Of a stretch of DNA of 20,000 nucleotides, positions 1 through 6,950 are shown in pieces. The notes beneath the pieces were generated by a model that was given only the letters and a program-made list of their open reading frames with translations, was not told where the DNA came from and ran no database searches. The DNA is taken from IMG/VR virus record IMGVR_UViG_3300010429_002600. One strand, 5' to 3'. How positions within the stretch are numbered: position 1 is the stretch's first letter; each line of letters begins with the position of its first letter. The position numbers were made by a program, and so were the translations under genes. The stretch comes from an uncultured virus (IMG/VR IMGVR_UViG_3300010429_002600). Its lineage: Duplodnaviria > Heunggongvirae > Uroviricota > Caudoviricetes.

Positions 1-486
1 CGAATGGCAGAAGGGGAATATATTATCTGTCTTGATGATGACGATGTTTTCTACCCGGATCACATTGATAGATTGATTAAATGTCTTGACAGTAATCCTG
101 CTGTGGATCTGGCATATACAGATTATAACAAACAGTTTCACAGAGAGGATGAGGGCAGAAGGTGGGTTCATGCAAAAGATAGAATCCCCTGTAAATGCGG
201 AGAATTTTCTATTCATAGAATGATGGGTGGAAATTTTATTCCGGTCTGCTGCATTATGTTTCGAAAAAAATTAATTAATGATGTTGGAATGTTTGATGAT
301 GCGGTGGAAAGTCATGAGGATTGGGATTTATGGGCCAGAATGACACATGCAAATAAAGTCTGGAAATACTTACCCGGACATACTTGCGAAGTGTCGTGGA
401 GAGGCAATACAATGACTTCTAATGGAGAGATTATGAATGGAGGTCGAAAGAAGGTCATTGAAAAAATAAGAAAGTTACGGTCTTGA
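1..486 (+). CDS. Glycosyltransferase family 2 (GT-A fold), 5'-truncated by the window edge
   Basis: The frame is open from base 1 (CGA ATG GCA...). AEGEYIICLDDDD is the GT2 DxD motif region, normally about 80-90 aa into the domain, so the ATG at 4 is probably internal. Also MFRKKLINDVGMFDD and HEDWDLWARM (ED-x-D acceptor-side motif). Confidence 0.92.
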   Translation, partial: RMAEGEYIICLDDDDVFYPDHIDRLIKCLDSNPAVDLAYTDYNKQFHREDEGRRWVHAKDRIPCKCGEFSIHRMMGGNFIPVCCIMFRKKLINDVGMFDDAVESHEDWDLWARMTHANKVWKYLPGHTCEVSWRGNTMTSNGEIMNGGRKKVIEKIRKLRS

Positions 487-511
487 CAAATTTAATATAT
501 ATCTATAATAT
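483..511 (+). promoter_or_regulatory. Candidate sigma70/sigmaA promoter upstream of the head operon
   Basis: Perfect TTGACA at 483-488, overlapping the GT2 stop. TATAAT at 504-509 (15-bp spacer) or TAATAT at 506-511 (17-bp spacer), in an AT-rich gap. The spacing is non-ideal and the implied start site is very close to the AGGAGG at 512-517. Confidence 0.45.
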
Positions 512-522
512 AGGAGGTAGTA

Positions 523-1134
523 ATGAAGCATAAAGTGGATCTTGATAAATTAAGAAATGACCTGAGAACAGGGAACTTGCAACCGTGGATGTGTGAAATC
601 CCGGGTTGCAGGGAACCTGTAATCTGGATGGATAAACCGGAAGAATGGGTGTCCTTCGGGAATAAAAAGGTCAATATAGGGGATGGAATGGGCCTTGTAT
701 ATAATACCTGTGAAAAATGTAAAAGAAAAATATGTATGGCATCTAAGGCAAGGCCAAGTAAAAATAATCTCCAGGGACTTCCTGAAGTATTTTACCCTCA
801 CGAAGAGCAATCGGCTTCGCTTCTACTTTCACCAACTGCCAAGGCAGCCAATGCAACCAAGTATCGGTTAGAGAACTATAATAAAGAAGCGACGAAAAGC
901 AATCAGCCTCTTCCGGAACATCTGAGGCATATTCAAAGGCCACAGAACAAACAGATAAAAGGCCATGTTTCAGCCCTTCCCGGCCCATTCAAAAATACAC
1001 CGCACTGTGGAGTGGAACGGTTCTGGGTTGACCACATGGATAAAATAAAACTCATCTGTTGCTGTCATCAATGTAAAGATGAGTACTGGGAAGATTTAAC
1101 TGAGGAGAAGAAGAAGCACCGTAAGGAAGAGTAA
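523..1134 (+). CDS. Hypothetical Cys-rich, probably Zn-binding protein (203 aa)
   Basis: AGGAGG at 512-517. Motifs CEIPGC, CEKCKRKIC, PHCG and CCCHQC. No family recognised. Confidence 0.75.
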   Translation: MKHKVDLDKLRNDLRTGNLQPWMCEIPGCREPVIWMDKPEEWVSFGNKKVNIGDGMGLVYNTCEKCKRKICMASKARPSKNNLQGLPEVFYPHEEQSASLLLSPTAKAANATKYRLENYNKEATKSNQPLPEHLRHIQRPQNKQIKGHVSALPGPFKNTPHCGVERFWVDHMDKIKLICCCHQCKDEYWEDLTEEKKKHRKEE

Positions 1135-1154
1135 GGGGAATTACGGAGGAAAAA

Positions 1155-2705
1155 GTGAAAGCAGTAATTTCCCCGATTGAAAAACGCAATGGCGAGATAA
1201 AGCCAAAATTTAAAGAAAAAATGTTATCCGAGATACAGAAGGCTTACACCTTAAGTAAGACGGAACTATTAAGGGGTAAGCCCTCTTATTCTCGTTTTTT
1301 GTTTTCTACAGATAACCCTCTCGATTCCTGCTGGTTAAATGACTTCCTTTATAAAACAATATCCTGGGTTTATGCCTGTGCTCAAAAGACCGCAAACAGT
1401 GCTGTAAATGCAGGATATAGTATTGTTCCCCGTAAAAAAGACGGGAAAGTAAAACCACAGATAGAGAAATTTTGTGAAGGATTAGATGAGTTCTTTAAAA
1501 ACGTCAATGAGGAACAGGTCTTTGAAGAACTCTTAAAACAATATCATATAGATGCCGCTATTAATGGAAAGGCGTATTTCATATTTGATTTCCTTGAAAA
1601 CCACCCTCCATTTAACACCCTGATTGCAATATACAGGGCAGACTTCAGAACTATAAAACCTGTCCGTATGGACCAATATTTACGGAACTTTCCTGAATTA
1701 AATGATCCTGAATTAGAACGCCATAAAAACACCCTCATTGGATGGGTGCAGCAGATATATGATGGAACAGATATGGAGAGTTTCCTTGAGCCAATGGGTA
1801 AACCGCAGGGTAAAGTAAAACCGCTAAATGCAGTCCCTTATGTTATGGGAGCAGGTCCGAATACAAGATACTTTTATCCGGAGCAGGTTCTTGAAGTAAA
1901 ATTAGATGCACAGGGAACCAGTCCTCTGGACTGTCTTATTCGTTCCCTGAAAACAGAAATCTCTGCTCAAGAATATACAAATTCCTACTTTGATAATTTC
2001 ACAAAAGCAGGCATAATTATGTCTCTTGAGGAAGGCAGTATTGGAGAAGCAGAGGTAAATAAACAATGGCTTAAGGAAGAGTATGGAGATCCGGCAAATG
2101 CCTATTCTCCTATGTTCTTAATCGGAGGAATTAAGCTTGTCAGAGACAGTGCTTCTACTGCTGATGTAAAATATCTGGAGATAAGGGAATTTAATAAGTT
2201 AGAAGTTTGTGGTGCTATGGGAACAGATCCCGTTTTACTCTCTTCTACGCAGGGTAAATCAGCAGAGAAAGAAGAGGCTCAAAGAGCGTTTGAAGAGGGA
2301 ACTGTTACTCCACGCTCTGTATTATTCTTCCGAAAATTAACAAAAAAGATAGAAGAAATATATCCGAAGTTTAAAGGGAAATTCGAGATAATCCCTGGTG
2401 TAAAAGGAAGAAGTTCACTGCACTTATTGAATATTGCGCAGAAAATGGCAATGGCTGGAGCTTCGACAAACGAGGTTCGTAGTCTTACAGGACTTCAGGA
2501 AATTGAAGGGCCTGTATATGACAAACCGCTTATGGCCGTAAATGTCCAGCCTATTCAGACAATAGAAGATGTTGCCAGAGCAACCATGCAGCCTCAAAAA
2601 CTTGTGGGAAATAAAGCAATGAAAGATAATAACCCCGGAGGAGGTCAACCCCGTAATGAAAATGTTCAGGGTGGCCGATCCGGTGTTTATAATGAACAGA
2701 GGTGA
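1155..2705 (+). CDS. Phage portal protein, HK97 type
   Basis: GTG start with GGAGGA at 1145-1150. Portal motifs WVYACAQKTA, NGKAYF, GTSPLDCL...AQEYTNSYFDN..AGII, YLEIREFNKLEVCGAMGTDPVLL and TNEVRSLTGLQEIEG; position before the protease and capsid genes. Confidence 0.93.
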   Translation: MKAVISPIEKRNGEIKPKFKEKMLSEIQKAYTLSKTELLRGKPSYSRFLFSTDNPLDSCWLNDFLYKTISWVYACAQKTANSAVNAGYSIVPRKKDGKVKPQIEKFCEGLDEFFKNVNEEQVFEELLKQYHIDAAINGKAYFIFDFLENHPPFNTLIAIYRADFRTIKPVRMDQYLRNFPELNDPELERHKNTLIGWVQQIYDGTDMESFLEPMGKPQGKVKPLNAVPYVMGAGPNTRYFYPEQVLEVKLDAQGTSPLDCLIRSLKTEISAQEYTNSYFDNFTKAGIIMSLEEGSIGEAEVNKQWLKEEYGDPANAYSPMFLIGGIKLVRDSASTADVKYLEIREFNKLEVCGAMGTDPVLLSSTQGKSAEKEEAQRAFEEGTVTPRSVLFFRKLTKKIEEIYPKFKGKFEIIPGVKGRSSLHLLNIAQKMAMAGASTNEVRSLTGLQEIEGPVYDKPLMAVNVQPIQTIEDVARATMQPQKLVGNKAMKDNNPGGGQPRNENVQGGRSGVYNEQR

Positions 2706-2709
2706 AATG

Positions 2710-3246
2710 ATGAAAGAAGCGACTATTGAGAATACAATCAGACACTTTATAGGTGAGGCATGGGAATACATACACCAGAATAAAGAGAAAATAAAGAATT
2801 TCGATAAAGCAAAAGAGAAAATAAAATCACAGGCATTTTTATTTGATGTAAAACTCCCTGAAGATTTAAATGTGGAACTTTCAAAGGCCAGTGCTGATAC
2901 TGGTCTTGGGATATTATATTTCATAGCTTCAAAGGCAGATATCTTTGATACACAGGGAGATATGATAGAACTGCCTGAACTTAAAAAGGCCGCTTTTTCC
3001 TTTGTGAAGAGAAGCAGAAAAGGAGACAGGAACCATAACTATAAAAAATCAGCAGAGGTTGTGGAGAGTTTTGTGTTTGATGAAAAGATAATTGAACTGA
3101 TTAAATCAGGAGAAATACAGGCCGGTGACTGGGTTGTCGGTATGCAGCCGCTTGACCCGGACCTTTTAGACAAAGCACAAAAGGGCCTTATCAAAGGAGC
3201 TTCTATTGCAGGAAGGGCAAAAAAGGAGGCTGTTCGTAATGCGTGA
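2710..3246 (+). CDS. Prohead (maturation) protease, XkdF/Peptidase S78-like, lacking the terminal 'S-x-V...N' segment
   Basis: DTQGDMIELPELKKAAFSF, DRNH (His), VVESFV, GDWVVG and KGLIKGASIAG (Ser) match XkdF-type proteases as I recall them. Start moved from 2656 to the ATG at 2710 (or 2707), just after GAGGTG at 2699-2704 and the portal stop. Confidence 0.85.
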   Translation: MKEATIENTIRHFIGEAWEYIHQNKEKIKNFDKAKEKIKSQAFLFDVKLPEDLNVELSKASADTGLGILYFIASKADIFDTQGDMIELPELKKAAFSFVKRSRKGDRNHNYKKSAEVVESFVFDEKIIELIKSGEIQAGDWVVGMQPLDPDLLDKAQKGLIKGASIAGRAKKEAVRNA

Positions 3247-3907
3247 GTACAAGTTAAAGGACTTAATCATAGATTGGATCTCAATCGTCGAAGACGAATC
3301 TGAGCCGGTCAACCCAGAAGCAAAATTGCTTATTGTAAAAAGTAAGGAGGGAAAGAACGAAATGGAAAAGAAGTCAAAAGTGTTGGACTTTCTTTATAGT
3401 CTTGTGGGAAATGTTGAAAAAGCGGAAACTGCTGATCCTACAGAATCGGAAGAAAAAACACCTTCAAATACAGAACCAGCACAGGAGCCTCAGTACTTAT
3501 CCAAAGCAGACTTTACGGCTGAAATGGAGAAGTTTAAAACTGACCTGATGGCCTCTGTTACGGAGGTTGTAACCAAAGCAACTGAAGTAGAAAAAGCATC
3601 CCGAAACGATATTTTCGCAGGGTTTGCAAAAGCCTATAAAGAAGATATGGAGACACTCAAAAAAGGTCTTGTCGGAGAGAAAAGGACTAATCCTCCTGTT
3701 CTTCCAGACGGCCCTGGTCTTGAGGACCTCTTCAAACATGCCATCCAGAAAAAGGTTAGCCTTCCTTCTGTGAATGGCACAGTGGTAGAAGATTTCATTA
3801 AAAGTGAGATCGAAAAAGGCACAATAGAAAGGGATAGATTCCCTATGCAGGAAACCCAGGCAGATAGAGTTTTCAAACTTGTCTGTGACATGGGAAATCA
3901 AGAGTAA
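3239..3907 (+). CDS. Protease C-terminal segment fused to a probable capsid scaffolding protein
   Basis: ATG at 3239 with AGGAGG at 3224-3229 and an 8-nt overlap with the protease gene. The N-terminus MREYKLKDLIIDWISIVEDESEPVNPEAKLLIVKS resembles the protease 'L..iS.V..paNp.A....vKs' segment. The rest is acidic and helical and lies directly upstream of the capsid gene. Confidence 0.75.
   Translation: MREYKLKDLIIDWISIVEDESEPVNPEAKLLIVKSKEGKNEMEKKSKVLDFLYSLVGNVEKAETADPTESEEKTPSNTEPAQEPQYLSKADFTAEMEKFKTDLMASVTEVVTKATEVEKASRNDIFAGFAKAYKEDMETLKKGLVGEKRTNPPVLPDGPGLEDLFKHAIQKKVSLPSVNGTVVEDFIKSEIEKGTIERDRFPMQETQADRVFKLVCDMGNQE
3344..3364 (+). promoter_or_regulatory. Internal in-frame translation start (AAGGAGG plus ATG 3362) for a nested scaffold-only product
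   Basis: AAGGAGG at 3344-3350, 11 nt before an in-frame ATG (MEKKSKVLDF) that directly follows the protease-like segment. Confidence 0.6.
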
Positions 3908-3923
3908 AGGAGGATAGCCCAAA

Positions 3924-4925
3924 ATGAAAGGTTTTAATCCAATAGATATAGTTGAAACTTATCTCGAAAAGGCCAAACAGACGGCCACTACCGGGGCTAT
4001 GTTCCATACTCAGGATTTATCCCAGATAATTTACCTGGATGGAATCCCCGAACATAAGTTCTTACAAAGGTTAATGGTGGATGAAAACGTCAACGGAGAT
4101 CCCCATTACTGGAGTAAGATGTCTTATACAAGAGCAACAGGAACCGGAAGTCATTTTGACGATGGAGATAAACCCTCTGTATATTCCACTGCTCCAACCA
4201 GGACTTCGAACAACATTTATCAGGTTGGTAGATGTGCAGAAGTCACTGACAAACAGCTATTACTCTTTGCAAAAGCGTTTGGCGGTGTAGGTGGCGGAAC
4301 ATGGAAGATACACGGACCCGGCAATGCACTTCAGGCGTTCCAGAACGAACTCGAACTTCAGGTTAAGCTCCGGTTCATTGAACTGGTTGACGAAATAGCT
4401 GAAATTCTTGTCAATGGTGTAGGATCGACCACTCTTCCCGGAACTCAGGGATTAACTGATGTTCAGTGCGATGGTATGTTCCAGTTCTTAACTAATAACA
4501 CTGTGGATGCAAATGCCGCAGTATTAGATGAGAGCCATATCAAAACACTGGCAAAGGCAATCCGAGATAGAATGACCGGAAGATTTCCGCAGTATCTTTA
4601 TGTTAATAGCACCCAGAAAGGAACTATTAACAACTGGGCTACAAACATCTGGTTTGGCAGAAACAGAGAGCTGGAAGCAGGTAAAGACGTTTCTACCTTC
4701 AACACCGGATATTTCGTAGTTCAGATAGATATTGACGATCACATTCCAGTAGGAAGTTGTGCTATGATAGATCATTCCGTATGGTATAAGATGGACCTTT
4801 CTGGTATTATGATGAGTGAACTTGCCAGAATAAACACCACACTGGGCCGTATGATGACATATTATGGCACATTGAAATGTGGAACCGATCTCAGTTCTGG
4901 ACAGATATTCGACCTGGCTGCTTAA
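3924..4925 (+). CDS. Major capsid protein (HK97 fold; resembles the SU10/DUF5309 family)
   Basis: AAGGAGG at 3907-3913; 333 aa. Motifs SNNIYQVGRCAEVT, ELELQVKLRFIELVDEIAEILVNG, CDGMFQFL, YVNSTQKGTIN and ELARINT...YGTLKC...GQIFDL. Followed by a hairpin. Confidence 0.88.
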   Translation: MKGFNPIDIVETYLEKAKQTATTGAMFHTQDLSQIIYLDGIPEHKFLQRLMVDENVNGDPHYWSKMSYTRATGTGSHFDDGDKPSVYSTAPTRTSNNIYQVGRCAEVTDKQLLLFAKAFGGVGGGTWKIHGPGNALQAFQNELELQVKLRFIELVDEIAEILVNGVGSTTLPGTQGLTDVQCDGMFQFLTNNTVDANAAVLDESHIKTLAKAIRDRMTGRFPQYLYVNSTQKGTINNWATNIWFGRNRELEAGKDVSTFNTGYFVVQIDIDDHIPVGSCAMIDHSVWYKMDLSGIMMSELARINTTLGRMMTYYGTLKCGTDLSSGQIFDLAA

Positions 4926-4934
4926 ATATGAAGA

Positions 4935-4962
4935 GAGGGGACTTTTCGAGGTCCCCTCCTTT
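4935..4962 (+). terminator. GC-rich hairpin after the capsid gene (weak terminator or mRNA-stabilising stem)
   Basis: GAGGGGACTT-TTCG-AGGTCCCCTC: 10-bp stem with one G-U pair and a UUCG loop, followed only by CTTT. Confidence 0.7.
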
Positions 4963-4978
4963 ATCGAGGTGAAAGTAT

Positions 4979-6100
4979 ATGGTTTTTTTTATTTCTCCAC
5001 GATACCCTGAGTTGGAATTGCCCCTTCAGAAAAATGGAACTTACTGGAAGAATATTAAATTTGACAATCACTATTTCTGCACTTCAAACGACGAAGAAAT
5101 TGATGCTCTCCGCAAAATTATAGAACACAAAAAGAAAACGGGTAAAGAACTTTCTTTTCAGGAAACAAAAAATACAAAGGTTGATGAACACTCTCCTATG
5201 AAAATACTCTTTCACAGAGAAGGAGGTCTGGGAGATATTTTATTTACTCTGCCCATAGCGGAGTATTTACATTCTATAGGGCATACAGTGGATTACTATT
5301 GCCATTTTATGTTCTGGGATGTATTCAAAAACAATCCGAATATACGAAATATTTATGTTAATATAGAATTGAATAACTGGAGGAAAAAGGGATATCCTCC
5401 TCCCATGACAAAAGAATTGTATGGAACATATGACAGGCCGCTTACCTTCCGAGGCTGTATTGAAAAAAATAAATATGCTGAAGAAACACATGCAGTAGAT
5501 GCCTGTTATCACTGGGCAGGAATAGACCCTGAAGGAAAACCCAAACTTCCGAAACTATACCTTTCCAATGAAGAAAGAGCTGTTGTAAAAGAACGTCTAT
5601 TAAAAGAAAGAAAGATAAATCCGTATAAGAGAACAATAGCTCTGGCCCCTCATTCTTCTGGAGCCAGAAATAGAAGCTGGCAATACTGGAAAGAGTTTGC
5701 CGATGAAGCAAGCGAAGATTACAACATTATCATGATAAACAGAGGGGAGAGATTTTCTCCTTCTTCTGAGCCATGGACAGTAAGAGAAATGTGTGCTGTT
5801 ATAGATTTCTGTGATATTATGGTCTGTTGTGATACAGGACCCCTCCATGTTGCAGGGGCATTGAATAAACCCATAGTAACTCTTTTTGGTCCATTCAACC
5901 CGGATTTCAGAGTTAAATATTATAACAATGTTACAGTGCTCTGCAAAACCTCAGAGTTCTGTGAGTTCTGTTTTTCACATATGGATAAATGTAAGTATTT
6001 AAACCAATCCCGTGTATATCCGCCCTGTATGAACCATGCACCCCTGGATGTTTTACAGGCAGTAGAGGAGGCACTTTGCAGTGAAAGAGTATGCTGTTAG
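4979..6100 (+). CDS. Glycosyltransferase family 9 (heptosyltransferase-like, GT-B) with an extra N-terminal domain of about 73 aa
   Basis: GAGGTGA at 4966-4972. KILFHREGGLGDILFTLP, FKNNPNIRNI, CDTGPLHVAGALNKPIVTLFGP and C-terminal CEFC...C...PPCM are GT9 hallmarks. Confidence 0.93.
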   Translation: MVFFISPRYPELELPLQKNGTYWKNIKFDNHYFCTSNDEEIDALRKIIEHKKKTGKELSFQETKNTKVDEHSPMKILFHREGGLGDILFTLPIAEYLHSIGHTVDYYCHFMFWDVFKNNPNIRNIYVNIELNNWRKKGYPPPMTKELYGTYDRPLTFRGCIEKNKYAEETHAVDACYHWAGIDPEGKPKLPKLYLSNEERAVVKERLLKERKINPYKRTIALAPHSSGARNRSWQYWKEFADEASEDYNIIMINRGERFSPSSEPWTVREMCAVIDFCDIMVCCDTGPLHVAGALNKPIVTLFGPFNPDFRVKYYNNVTVLCKTSEFCEFCFSHMDKCKYLNQSRVYPPCMNHAPLDVLQAVEEALCSERVCC

Positions 6101-6950
6101 TGTTATAGTTTTAGTCCATAATAATGAGGATGTTTTACTTCCTCTTTGTAAGTCTATTTCACGAAATACTAAATATTCAGTGAAGTTGATTTATGTTGAC
6201 AACGCCTCAGAGGATGGTTCTGTGGACTTTCTCAGGAGATATTATTCTGATAAGCATGAAACAGGGTATATACTGGAAGTAGACCGGAACCTGGGTGTAT
6301 CAAAGGGGTGGAATGAAGGAATTAAGTTTTTGAGAAACCAGCGTTCTCCGCAGGATTTTATTGTTATAATGAACTCAGATCTGGAGGTAGGAGAAAACTG
6401 GCTTATTCCAATGCTGGAAGTTTTTGAGAAATATCCTGATGCCGGGATGGTTGATAATATTCTGAAATGTTCCAGGATGAGAAGTTTTATTCAGTCTGAT
6501 GGCCCGAAACTTTCAGATCCTTTTCATTATGAAATGTCACACCATCCGGGGTTTAGACCAAACACTTCTGTTATTCCTGTTCAATGGGGAACACTTGCCT
6601 GTGCTATGTTTAATGGAAAAGTCTTTGATGAGATAGGCCTGTTTGATGAAAATTTCTTTATTTATTCTTCAGACTTTGATTTTCAGTTAAGACTAAAGCA
6701 GGCAGGCTATAATATATATCACACCCCTCATTCTCATTGCTTTCACAGGGCCTTTCATACCTGCACACAGGTAAAGAGGAAAAATGAAAAGATTGCCCGA
6801 TTTATGGGAGAAGACGGAAATTACTTTAATCAAAAATGGTCAGCAAAGTCTATGATGGATTTTAAAAAAAACCTGGCATCTTCACCAAAACGATTTCTAC
6901 AAGAACTTTATGGAGAAACTAATTATGAAGTCTCTATTCGCCCATTTTAA
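6081..6950 (+). CDS. Glycosyltransferase family 2 (WbbL/rhamnosyltransferase-like subgroup)
   Basis: GTG start with GAGGAGG at 6065-6071. SVIVLVHN, VDNASEDGS, NLGVSKGWNEG, MNSDL and FDEIGLFDENFFIYSSDFDFQLRLKQAGY. Confidence 0.93.
   Translation: MKEYAVSVIVLVHNNEDVLLPLCKSISRNTKYSVKLIYVDNASEDGSVDFLRRYYSDKHETGYILEVDRNLGVSKGWNEGIKFLRNQRSPQDFIVIMNSDLEVGENWLIPMLEVFEKYPDAGMVDNILKCSRMRSFIQSDGPKLSDPFHYEMSHHPGFRPNTSVIPVQWGTLACAMFNGKVFDEIGLFDENFFIYSSDFDFQLRLKQAGYNIYHTPHSHCFHRAFHTCTQVKRKNEKIARFMGEDGNYFNQKWSAKSMMDFKKNLASSPKRFLQELYGETNYEVSIRPF

Noticed and set aside
3219..3239. In-phase A AAA AAG slippery heptamer as a -1 frameshift fusing protease and scaffold
   Set aside because: The -1 frame reaches TAA at 3237-3239 within a few codons; fusion needs +1. 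The motif is also explained by its overlap with the AGGAGG SD.
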